From assembly GCA_963807605.1 (NCBI GenBank), contig CAWECG010000003.1:608001-672000 (forward strand): DNA of 64,000 bases. Direction: 5' to 3'. The notes below the pieces were generated by a model. It saw only the letters and a program-made list of their open reading frames with translations, had not been told where the DNA came from and did no database searches. This document shows, one piece after another, positions 1 through 8,735 of the stretch. The position numbers were made by a program, and so were the translations under genes. How positions within the stretch are numbered: position 1 is the first letter of the stretch; each line of letters opens with the position of its first letter. The stretch is from Candidatus Bathyarchaeota archaeon. GTDB lineage: Archaea; Thermoproteota; Bathyarchaeia; 40CM-2-53-6; RBG-13-38-9.

Positions 1-115
1 TGAACGCTAGATCCACGCCCCCGATGCTCTTGATCGGTGTCTTGAACCGATCTTTTAGTATCAGACGCCTCGAGAGTGTCGTCTGGATCATGATTAACTC
101 GTCAATACTCTTCAA
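1..115 (-). CDS. nfi: Endonuclease V, N-terminal part (runs off window start)
   Basis: Manual translation LKSIDELIMIQTTLSRRLILKDRFKTPIKSIGGVDLAF resembles the EndoV N-terminus (Q..L..R...D....GVD.AF); start uncertain (TTG 115 or ATG 91). Confidence 0.65.
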   Translation of the reverse strand, partial: MKSIDELIMIQTTLSRRLILKDRFKTPIKSIGGVDLAF

Positions 116-232
116 TGGCGATACTTTCTTGCGGGCTAGGTTCGATTCCTTCTAGAATGAGCGTCTGACCAGAAAGAGATAATTGTTTTGCAGTCTAACT
201 TAAGTTGGACGGATTTTGTCGCTGATCGGAAC

Positions 233-922
233 ATGGACGAATCAGAAGCGAGCTCGCTGAGTGGAAGTCTTCTTCTTACTCTGTGTAGGCTTGCTGAGCT
301 TGCGATTCCTGGCGGGGAGGTCTCATGCACCACAAGCGAGCTTGCAGTCAGACTAAGTCGTTCGCAGCAGACGGCGTCAAGGCACCTCATCGAGCTTGAA
401 CGCATGGGACTCATCAAACGTGTTAGAGTCGCAGAGCATCAGTCAATACGGCTTACCTCTCAAGGGCTGGATCTTCTCAAAGAAATGTATTTTGTGTTGA
501 AGAGGACATTTGAGAGACCTCAAAACGAGATCTATCTTGAGGGTGAGCTCTTCTCCGGTTTAGGCGAGGGGTCGTACTACATAGGCCAAGAAGGTTATCG
601 CAAGCAAGTGAAAGAGAAACTCGGCTTCGACCCTTACCCTGGAACCTTAAACATCAGACTGAAACCAAGTTACGAGGGTGCGACAGGTGTCTTAGAGGGC
701 CTCTCTCTCGTGCCAATCATGGGATTTAGAGCTGAAGGTAGGAGTTTCGGCCCTGCAAAATGCGCCAAAGCAGTAATCAACGATAGTGTCGAGGCCGCAA
801 TAGTCCTTGCTTTGAGGAGCCACTACGGCACAGACGTTGTTGAGATAATAGCTGGAGAAAACCTGAGAAAGAGGCTCAGACTTCGCGAGGGAGACACAGT
901 CAGAGTCAGAGTTCTCACCTAA
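233..922 (+). CDS. ribK: CTP-dependent riboflavin kinase with N-terminal winged HTH
   Basis: SGLGEG..Y, LGFDPYPGTLN, RSHY...VEIIA motifs; SQQTASR HTH; ATG at 233 preferred over TTG at 188. Confidence 0.93.
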   Translation: MDESEASSLSGSLLLTLCRLAELAIPGGEVSCTTSELAVRLSRSQQTASRHLIELERMGLIKRVRVAEHQSIRLTSQGLDLLKEMYFVLKRTFERPQNEIYLEGELFSGLGEGSYYIGQEGYRKQVKEKLGFDPYPGTLNIRLKPSYEGATGVLEGLSLVPIMGFRAEGRSFGPAKCAKAVINDSVEAAIVLALRSHYGTDVVEIIAGENLRKRLRLREGDTVRVRVLT

Positions 923-1361
923 ACTCCTCCACTATCTTCCTCTTGATCTTGGAAGAACTATTGAAATCCTCAGGGCCGTATCGTCTAGTCCTGACGATCT
1001 TGACCTTTTTCGGATAGCCCCTCAAGGCAACTTGAACAGCTTCCAGTATATCGTTCTGATCGTAGCCGATAGCTATGACATCGGGTCTGAGTCTGTGTAT
1101 TACAGCGTCTATATTCAGCTCTTCAAAGCCAAGTATCGCCCTATCGACGGGCTTAAGAGCCTGAACCAAAGCCCTCCTCTGATCCTCAGGAACAATAGGC
1201 GTTTTCCCCTTGCGCCTCTCTACCGTCTTGTCTCTGGCAACGATGACGATGAGCCTCGAGTCACTGCCTCCAGCCTTCTTTGCGTCCTCAAGGGCCTTCA
1301 GATGGCCAAAATGTAATAGGTCGAAAGCTCCGGTGGCAAGAACGAGTTTACGCCTCCTCAC
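915..1361 (-). CDS. ribL: Archaeal FAD synthase (cytidylyltransferase fold)
   Basis: ATGAFDLLHFGH, VARD, GYDQ, SSSKIK motifs; adjacent to ribK. Confidence 0.88.
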   Translation of the reverse strand: MRRRKLVLATGAFDLLHFGHLKALEDAKKAGGSDSRLIVIVARDKTVERRKGKTPIVPEDQRRALVQALKPVDRAILGFEELNIDAVIHRLRPDVIAIGYDQNDILEAVQVALRGYPKKVKIVRTRRYGPEDFNSSSKIKRKIVEEFR

Positions 1362-1636
1362 AATCCGACACTCCTCCAGCTAAAGTCGACAAACTCCATC
1401 ATTCTCAATGAGTCTAATAGGCCCTCAGCGTACGATACCGAAGCCAATGCAGTTGCTTCTCTTCCAGCATTCAAGTAGAATTTGGAATCGGTCAAGTAAT
1501 TCTTGACCGAGTCTATGATTTGTCTAACTTTGTCGCCCAGAGCTTCTGACGGGAAGTTTCTTAGAGTCAACTCTTGCAGGGCCAACTCTACAGCCAAAAT
1601 GTATTTCTTTGCCAGTGATTGCGTCTCATCACTCAT
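1358..1636 (-). CDS. DUF357 family protein
   Basis: YL.DS.FY....ALASVSYAEGLLD pattern; usual neighbour of dph5. Confidence 0.85.
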   Translation of the reverse strand: MSDETQSLAKKYILAVELALQELTLRNFPSEALGDKVRQIIDSVKNYLTDSKFYLNAGREATALASVSYAEGLLDSLRMMEFVDFSWRSVGL

Positions 1637-2487
1637 ATTAGACCCTCAAGTATCTCTCTTTTTGCTCCGCAGAGAGTCTCCAAAGCCTCGACCTCCATGA
1701 AGTGCAGCCTTCCTGGAAAGACTATACAATGTGGGGGGCCGCCCCAATCAAATCTCAGTAGGTCCTCAACAGAATCGGCTCTTGTTATTCCTTGGCGGGA
1801 TCCCAATCTCGCTAAGCCAATGGCCACTGTACTCAATGCTACACAGTCGTTTGATTTCCGCTCTTCCATTTCAAGTAGCAGCCTGAGCCCCTCTGGAATT
1901 GTCATGTACTTCTCGTTTTCGGAGTCGATGTCCAAGAGGGTCAACGTGTGGAGGCCCCTCTGCTTGTTCTCGCAGATATTCTCGTAGGGGGTCTCCGATG
2001 TTGACACTGATTTGAAAGGCACGGTGACGGTTCTTCCGAATTTGTAGTTCTGAAGACCCGTAGCGCCTGATATCGCTGAGGAGATGGATGCAGCGTGCAC
2101 GACTGCTGTCTTTATTCCCGACTTTTCAGCTCTTAACCGAAGAGCGACATGCGTGGTCGCAACATTCGGATCGCCGGGTGCTAGGAATACACACGGGCTT
2201 CTCTTGGCGCAAGAAATGATACTCGTTTCAGCCTCTTCCTCGACAGCCTCTCTTGAAAGGATCTCTACCTTCTTGCCGATTAGGTTCTGTAGGTTCACAA
2301 TGTTCAATCCGGGCATGTAGCTGGTGTAGAACTCTGCAAAGACGTGATCGGCTTTCTTTGCCTCCTCTAGACCTTCAAGGCTCATTCCTAACTCGCTGTG
2401 CAGTCCCAGTCCTACGAAGGTCAATCGTGACAAGAGATCGCCCCTTAGCAAGACGCGTAAGCGAAAGAAAGGGTTTTGCGATCGCAC
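1633..2487 (-). CDS. dph5: Diphthine synthase
   Basis: FVGLGL, EFYTS, GDP.VATTH, GLQNYKFGRTVT, GLHTL.LLD, PPH motifs; true start probably about 20 codons downstream of ORF start. Confidence 0.95.
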   Translation of the reverse strand: MRSQNPFFRLRVLLRGDLLSRLTFVGLGLHSELGMSLEGLEEAKKADHVFAEFYTSYMPGLNIVNLQNLIGKKVEILSREAVEEEAETSIISCAKRSPCVFLAPGDPNVATTHVALRLRAEKSGIKTAVVHAASISSAISGATGLQNYKFGRTVTVPFKSVSTSETPYENICENKQRGLHTLTLLDIDSENEKYMTIPEGLRLLLEMEERKSNDCVALSTVAIGLARLGSRQGITRADSVEDLLRFDWGGPPHCIVFPGRLHFMEVEALETLCGAKREILEGLI

Positions 2488-2531
2488 TTAGTTAGATGTT
2501 CGGCAGTTGTCTCCCCCAAGATGGAAGACTA

Positions 2532-2545
2532 GAAAAGATTATTAG
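2532..2545 (+). promoter_or_regulatory. Putative BRE/TATA promoter of tRNA-Lys
   Basis: GAAAAG followed by ATTATTAG about 25-30 nt upstream of 2566-2571. Confidence 0.4.
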
Positions 2546-2579
2546 AAGTTCATGTAGGTACCCATGGGATGGCGGGCTT

Positions 2580-2697
2580 GGGCCCGTAAACCAAGATGTA
2601 GGTTGGTCGGGACGCTCAGTCAGGTAGAGCGGTGGTCCAGACTTGGCCGAAGCTCTTAACCCAAAGGTCGCGGGTTCAAATCCCGTCGGGCCCGCCA
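2580..2697 (+). tRNA. tRNA-Lys(CTT) with two non-canonical introns (9/10: 2589-2613; 30/31: 2636-2651), CCA encoded
   Basis: Removing both introns gives GGGCCCG-TA-GCTC-AGTCAGGTA-GAGC-G-GTGGG-CTCTTAA-CCCAA-AGGTC-GCGGG-TTCAAAT-CCCGT-CGGGCCC-GCCA; both junctions fold into bulge-helix-bulge motifs. Confidence 0.9.
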
Positions 2698-2945
2698 AAT
2701 TTCTTCATATTCGAATGTATTATTGGCTTAATTTTTCCAATTTTTCATTTTGACTCCAAAGAACTCATAATGTCAGTATTCAACCTGCGACAAAGGTCAA
2801 GTGCACGCGTACGTAATATCAATGGCAGAAATCGACTGATCATAAGCGCGCGAATGAGCGTCTTCTCCGTTTCTTCCCTCAAAGATGTTAAGATGGCTAC
2901 TGCATATAGCAACTTACGAAGACTATCGATGCAGTTATGAAATCT

Positions 2946-3372
2946 CGGCAAAGGAGAAGGCAGTTGTAACTATACAGAATGTCGTCGCTACGGCAAATTT
3001 AAAGCAACACTTAGACCTCGACACTATTATAGGATTATTTCCAGGAGTTCAGTATCGGCCACGAGAGTTTGCAGGACTCATTTTCCGGTTGAAGAACTCT
3101 AAGACTTCGACTCTCATCTTCAGTTCTGGGAAGATGGTTTGCACTGGCTCCATCGACTTGGATAAGACTACGTATTCACTGAAGAAGACGATGTATGACC
3201 TGAGCAATTTTCAGGCTTGATTTACCGGATGGATGAACCGAAAGTGGTTATGCTCCTCTTCGCAAGCGGAAACTTCGTCTGCACCGGGGCGAAGAAGGAA
3301 GAAGAAGTTCACTATGCCGTAATTAAACTCCCAGTGACACTTGAGAAGAAAGAACTTATTGAATACAAGTAG
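2946..3372 (+). pseudogene. tbp: TATA-box binding protein pseudogene (internal deletion, frameshift, no clear start)
   Basis: IQNVVATANL...FAGLIFRL...LIFSSGKMVCTG jumps straight to SIDLDK of repeat 2; after a 1-nt frameshift near 3198 it continues [32 protein letters not shown]...ELIEYK*. Confidence 0.88.
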
Positions 3373-3422
3373 GCAGACGATATAGCCTACTCAAACACCA
3401 CATCACTTCTCTAGCGTGCCCG

Positions 3423-3707
3423 TCAAAGGGATTTTGAGAGGGTTATCTCGATTGTCGAGACTGACCTCGTACCGCCTTCTTGCATTGGTAAGTCTTCTGT
3501 TCCGAGGCTTACCTTTTCGATTCTTAGGTTCTCCATGAATCTCCGCCTAGTTATCTCCGCAGTATCTACAGCGGTTGTTATAGCTTGCCCTCTAGCCTTA
3601 AGGGTGACTTCTTTTGTTTCTCCCCTACCGAAGAGGGTTATCACAGCCAAAACATAGTTCATGGTCGGCTTTCGCCCTATGAACACTGTATTCGGTTCCT
3701 TTGACAT
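3423..3707 (-). CDS. albA: DNA/RNA-binding protein Alba
   Basis: VFIGRKPTMNYVLAV, LKARGQAITTAVD, VSTIEI motifs. Confidence 0.95.
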   Translation of the reverse strand: MSKEPNTVFIGRKPTMNYVLAVITLFGRGETKEVTLKARGQAITTAVDTAEITRRRFMENLRIEKVSLGTEDLPMQEGGTRSVSTIEITLSKSL

Positions 3708-4082
3708 TGCATCCTCCACCAATGAAGCTTTAGTGGAAGGTGTATGTAGTCTATATTTAAACGCTTCAGAATTTTACTACGTGCGCGGTTAGCCGATCAA
3801 TCTTTCAATTTCAGATGTAAGTTCCTCGCATCGCATTGGATTCAACACCTCATTTGCTCAACGAAGGGGAGCAGAATGACAGACCATCTTATACAGAGCT
3901 ATCTGTGCGCAGTTCCAAGCATGGCAATAGTATTCGATTGTGCATCCAAATTCGGCCTTTGTGGCTTTCGTATTGCCCTTATTCAGATTTTCATTGGCTT
4001 GATTGATGTACTTTGAATCTCCACCTGCGCGCTAGTAATATGTTAATGAGTCAGAATGTGCCTCATTGGTTTATGTGATCGC

Positions 4083-4403
4083 ATGAGTGACGACTGGTCT
4101 AAGGCTAAAGAGAGGCAGATAGAGAGGATAAAGAGCTTACAGCCTCATGATCGGTTAAGTTTAGTTGAGGCAATAACCGAAATAAACTGGTATATTACCA
4201 GCAGTTGCCTTGGCTGGGCGGAGTGGATTCATGACCCGATTATTGCCGGCCATTTTAGCCAAGAGAAACTGGAAGAATTATTCAAGAGGTTTACCAAGTT
4301 TGGGCTTGAGTTTCTGGAATTTGACATTTCTGCAACTAAAGAGTTTGGGGAGATTCTGAAGAAGTCTGAGAAAGCTAGACGGAAAACCCCAATCTATGCT
4401 TGA
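4083..4403 (+). CDS. DUF2153-like protein
   Basis: DRL.....SS..GW..WI..P.....F..E.L pattern. Confidence 0.65.
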   Translation: MSDDWSKAKERQIERIKSLQPHDRLSLVEAITEINWYITSSCLGWAEWIHDPIIAGHFSQEKLEELFKRFTKFGLEFLEFDISATKEFGEILKKSEKARRKTPIYA

Positions 4404-4563
4404 CAGAATCGAATTCAGGTGTATTGTTTGTCTGTTGAAGGATACCGTCGATTCTGCCTATTACATTCGATCTGATTGTGGTAAAGCAGCTGAGGTTCCA
4501 TTTGAACCCTCTGGAGATAGACCAGTCTACTGTAGAGAATGCTGCCAAAAACGCGGAAGATAA
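4396..4563 (+). CDS. Small CxxC-x17-CxxC zinc-ribbon protein, first Cys lost (possibly degenerate)
   Basis: Manual translation ...RSDCGKAAEVPFEPSGDRPVYCRECCQKRGR*; not in ORF track (55 aa). Confidence 0.6.
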   Translation: MLDRIEFRCIVCLLKDTVDSAYYIRSDCGKAAEVPFEPSGDRPVYCRECCQKRGR

Positions 4564-4868
4564 TAGAGCGGGCGCTTAGAACATCCGAATTTGAACCGTT
4601 AGGTTGTGTGCGTATCCCTTGGTTAGTACACACGGCGACGACGCTAACCAGATATGGCACACACAGCCGTTCCTGCCAATGGCGCTGAGCGCGCGCCTAT
4701 TATTATGCACCCTTCTCATTTCAGAAATTCTTGACTACGTACTCTGATGCGCGATATTCCTCTGTAAACTACGTCGGATGTATTCCTGCCAACATAACAC
4801 CGGTGAACGAAGCGAGCCGCCCCTTCTGTGTGTGCCATGACTGGTAAGCACCACCTAGCCCGGAAATT

Positions 4869-5123
4869 CTAACGCCAAGGCGGCTTCGGTTTCGTTGAAC
4901 TTGATATTAGTACTTCGCCGCGCGACGATACAGTTGCCGTGAATTCTTCTCTTACGCCTGCTTCGGTAAGGTAAGTTCCTTTGACCTTCCAGGCGCCCTT
5001 TTCATCGGGGCCCTTGGTCTCCTGCTCCGTAGACAAAGAAGCGATCTTCCCGTGGCGGGTCCTTGTGCCGAGGAAGTACTTCCTCACGACACTTTCTGCA
5101 TCCTCCGCTTTCTCTATTCGCAT
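4869..5123 (-). CDS. Small hypothetical protein (PepSY-like helix plus strands pattern)
   Basis: Clean ORF with ATG; AE..V.KY...W.V.G....F.A.V...GEV pattern. Confidence 0.5.
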   Translation of the reverse strand: MRIEKAEDAESVVRKYFLGTRTRHGKIASLSTEQETKGPDEKGAWKVKGTYLTEAGVREEFTATVSSRGEVLISSSTKPKPPWR

Positions 5124-5610
5124 CTTTGTCCAAGCTTCCAGCTCAGTTGAGGAAGAAAGAAATATTAGAACCCTTTGGTTGAACCTTCCAACTGCTCCTT
5201 AGGTAAAAACGATTCTGCAATCGAAAACATTCCTCAAGAAAGTCTCCTTGGAACGCACTTGACTATTGTGTTACATCGATCTTCGATGTACCCCTTCGCC
5301 ATCGATCTGTTCCTTGATTCTAAAGAATGCTCGACATAATAGAACGAACGATTGCATTCAAGCTTCCCAAGGTCGCGCGCGCTAACAGGAAAAGTTCTTT
5401 TCCTCTGAACTAGATTCATTACGTGGTGTATGGATTTGACCAGACCTGAATGGCAGAAGAAACGGAAAAGAATGGCAAACAGGATGGGCCAAAAGAAGGG
5501 CAGAACGAGATAAATTTCTCCAGACTCAACGTCACACCCACTAGAAACTCTCGCTAGATATGAGCCTGCCCGATTTTTGAGCCCAATTCCAGCACCAAGA
5601 ACGCTCCGAA

Positions 5611-5625
5611 CCCGTCGGCCCGCCA
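5611..5625 (+). repeat. Degenerate copy of tRNA-Lys 3' end (attR-like)
   Basis: CCCGTCGG-CCCGCCA versus tRNA 2682-2697 CCCGTCGGGCCCGCCA (single deletion); both followed by AATTT. Confidence 0.5.
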
Positions 5626-6065
5626 GAATTTTTCTCTGGGTCTTTTTCCCTGCTGCGTGTTAGTACGCGATAGACTAACCTACTGGCGTGGGCTTTGCTT
5701 TTCCCCTCACTTGTTTATGACTAAGGTCATGCGAATATAGACCAACGCGCATAACGTTAAGCAGCAAGAATACCTTTCTAGAGGTGATAAGCTTAGTGAT
5801 TACCTTGAGATGTTCTATTGGCGAATGTGTCTTTGAGATAGATGCTCACGCCTTTGAAGAATCAATTGCGCGCTATACGTTCGGACCTTCCGAGGCCCAA
5901 ACCACCAACAATTTTGAGTCCAAAACTAACGGGAAAAATGGCCGGTTCTAGGCGGATCCACCAAATCTATTATGTGAGTTCTGCACTAGCTTAATTCTTG
6001 GTTCAAGGAAACTGGAGAAACTGTCGATTTATCAGTATCTCTCTTCAGCAAGGAAGTTCGCTTTT

Positions 6066-6449
6066 TTGACAGATATATTGACTGGCCGTGAACTCGTGGG
6101 CAAAGCGTTCGTTTACCTGACTACGTTAACCAAGGAATGTCGAAAAGCTCTGACTGTGAAGTTTGAGATCGAACATAAAGGGATACCTTTCGATTCGATT
6201 GAGACAGCCATGAGGCAGGATATTGAGTCTTGGTTTTCCAGGAGAGACAAGAACATTGCGATAAGTCATGACAAAAGCCTGAAGGGAAGACCAGGGGAGA
6301 TACTCATGACTTATTCAGGAGTGACTAAGGGGGCCCACTTCAATATCCATGTTGAAAGTCTTTTTACATTGTCCGGCTCTTCAACCAACTCTCCTGCTTA
6401 TCTGAAAAACCTGAATATCTACATTGACAAAAGAGAGGTTATGAAATAG
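6066..6449 (+). CDS. Hypothetical protein
   Basis: 127-aa ORF, protein-like composition, no recognised motif. Confidence 0.6.
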   Translation: MTDILTGRELVGKAFVYLTTLTKECRKALTVKFEIEHKGIPFDSIETAMRQDIESWFSRRDKNIAISHDKSLKGRPGEILMTYSGVTKGAHFNIHVESLFTLSGSSTNSPAYLKNLNIYIDKREVMK

Positions 6450-6499
6450 TAAAACTCAGTACTAGCACTCAATAAAGCGTTGAGATTAAGCTACACTGC

Positions 6500-7243
6500 T
6501 CAGATTGATGGGTTCTCGATGACCGTGAGTTTGCCCGTTTTGCCAACACTCACCTGCAGTTCTCCTCTGAACGCTTTTACTCTTCCGTTCTCAATGTGAA
6601 CAGTGTCACCGATAGACACCATATCTATTTGGGCGTTCCAAAGTGGAAACTTGATAGACCCAGTGCCATCAGAAATTGTTGAGTTCGATAAACCGAGAGG
6701 ATTACCCCCGTACCTCGAGAAGACCGTCTTCGCGATTGACTTCTCAATAACCTTTGCCTTAAGATTGACCCATTTGACTCCCAAAGCCACGTCTTTGATC
6801 TGCATGTCAAGAGGTGTCAACCCTTCGATTTTCCTGAGTGGAATGGATTCGTTCCATGGAAGGCTTTCAAAGTCCACTTCCGGCAGATGCTTCAATGTTG
6901 CCGCGGTAAGACGTAGTTGCGTAATCACCTTCTGATCTTGGGTTACGAGAAAGACACCATCATTCTCAGTCTTTTGTCGGCACTGGATCGATATCCCTCG
7001 GTAGGACGATTTCGTATGCTTCCAGGCATCTAGAAAACATTCAAGAAATTTTTGTGTCTCAAGTCCATATTTCTTGGAAACCCAGACTAAATACCAAAGA
7101 CGCGCCATTTCGGGCATGGATTGCCGCTGGCCGCGAGGTCTACCCCGCTCACAGTGCAAGAACTCTCTTCGTAGAACTCGTAAACCTATCAACAAAATCA
7201 CCGTATACAGTGGTGCCTTGCTCTTTAACCTTTGATCATTCAA
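6500..7243 (-). CDS. OB-fold single-stranded nucleic acid binding protein (RPA/SSB-like) with N-terminal extension
   Basis: C-terminal IKD...VNLKAKVIE...ISDGTGSIK..LWN..I..V.IGD.V.IENG.V..FRGELQV.VG; start probably near 7117. Confidence 0.85.
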   Translation of the reverse strand: MNDQRLKSKAPLYTVILLIGLRVLRREFLHCERGRPRGQRQSMPEMARLWYLVWVSKKYGLETQKFLECFLDAWKHTKSSYRGISIQCRQKTENDGVFLVTQDQKVITQLRLTAATLKHLPEVDFESLPWNESIPLRKIEGLTPLDMQIKDVALGVKWVNLKAKVIEKSIAKTVFSRYGGNPLGLSNSTISDGTGSIKFPLWNAQIDMVSIGDTVHIENGRVKAFRGELQVSVGKTGKLTVIENPSI

Positions 7244-7437
7244 CTTTGGGGTCTCTTAGAACGACTTCACAAGGGAAAATCTGGCATTCTTGGTGTCGCC
7301 CCTCTTAATGATACTATTTGCGATGCAAGAATCTAGAGATACCAAATATGAGAGAGGCGCAATATGCGTGCGTATAATTGGTGAGCGCACACTCGCCAGT
7401 ATTTTCCCTTCAGTGGTGAGTCATTGGTACTCTGGTT

Positions 7438-8178
7438 TTATTGTTCGAGTTCGGTGAAACATACTAGGCCTCCAAGTTGACTAAGACGAACACCCGCCTT
7501 CGTTTCTACGTTAACTATCCTAGTCTTGATATGCTTGTTCTTTGAAATCTGTAGAAGTCGGTGAACTCTGTTTTTCTCTCGAGTATTAGCCAGGTATCTG
7601 TCCGTAAGCACAATATATTCGGGCTTCAGGTTGCCGTGCCCCAATTGGCTGTTCACAAGTTCCTCCATTTCTTCGAGTGAGTATAGGACTGTACTGCTAT
7701 CAAGTTCATTAAGACGCTTTTCTAAAGCATCCACGATATGGTCGGCATCTTCCGACGTGATCTTGTTCAATACCCTTCGGAACTCCTCGGTTTTCACCAA
7801 ATCAGACACTTCGTGGAGTTGACCTGCAGAGCCGACCAGTTCACCAAAGACAGCAGTGTTGGCGCCGTATTCTCGGACAAGCCACGGGTGACGTTTTCGG
7901 ACGTGATCGAGAAAGTCTCGACCATAATTCTTCTTCATAGGCGCCGTAACTACTATGCTCCTTATCCCCTCCTTTAGCAGGGGTCTCAAGGCATCCACGG
8001 CGGATTCGTGAAAATTATACAGATCCTTTTTGTCTTTGCCGCCGAGTTCCACCGTGACATGATATTTTACTACTCTGCTGAATATCTGCCACAGAACTGC
8101 TCGTTTCTCTTCGAAACCTATCAGAACCGCTGCGGGGTATCCGCGTTTGTAGTGACGGTTTCTCTTCCTATCTGCCAC
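7438..8178 (-). CDS. Pelota/aRF1-like protein (middle and C-terminal domains only)
   Basis: RNase-H-like middle domain (IGFEE..A.LW, IVVTAP....DF) and L7Ae-like C-domain ending T.AG.RL.QLGGLVC; no N-domain, no GGQ. Confidence 0.6.
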   Translation of the reverse strand: MADRKRNRHYKRGYPAAVLIGFEEKRAVLWQIFSRVVKYHVTVELGGKDKKDLYNFHESAVDALRPLLKEGIRSIVVTAPMKKNYGRDFLDHVRKRHPWLVREYGANTAVFGELVGSAGQLHEVSDLVKTEEFRRVLNKITSEDADHIVDALEKRLNELDSSTVLYSLEEMEELVNSQLGHGNLKPEYIVLTDRYLANTREKNRVHRLLQISKNKHIKTRIVNVETKAGVRLSQLGGLVCFTELEQ

Positions 8179-8735
8179 TGTATTTCACTCTTTGTCATGT
8201 TTCAATGGCAAAGCCGCCATTTTAGTATGACAGGTCATCATCGAAGAAGGGCGCGCGGGAGTCTTCTTCATGTTTATACTCAAAAAGACGGCTCTGGGAA
8301 TTCAGTTGCCTCTGTCTGACAAGACAGCGGATCTTTCGCGTACGCACATGAAATCGTTGACTAGACCTGCTTGCATCAAGCGGTTCCAGAGTGTTGAAAG
8401 TGATTGCTGAATATGAGAAAAATCCAATCATCACTCCGAGGGAGGGGCGAGAATGGGAAGCCGGAGGAATGTTTAATCCTAGCGCGGCGGTTCACGGAGG
8501 AGGAGCGCGCACGTAATCAATGATTCCAACTTCTGCTGTTTGCTGCTCTCAAATTTCAAAACGAGAAGAAGAGAGGTAAAGAACACATCTGCAGCTTTGG
8601 AGGAAGCAACTTGTATCATCGAAGTGCGCGCTGTTAGGTTCTCTTCTTCTATTACCCTCAGACATACATTAGTTGCGTCAGGATGACATAAATAAGACGA
8701 TGGCATATAAAAAGACACAAAAGAGTCTAACACAT

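Noticed and set aside
2492-2698. 68-aa ORF MAGPTGFEPATFGLRA...
   Set aside because: Antisense shadow of the tRNA-Lys gene.
3860-4005. Possible remnant of a secreted-protein C-terminal helix (IEYYCHAWNCAQ) on the minus strand
   Set aside because: Too short and degenerate to assign without a search.
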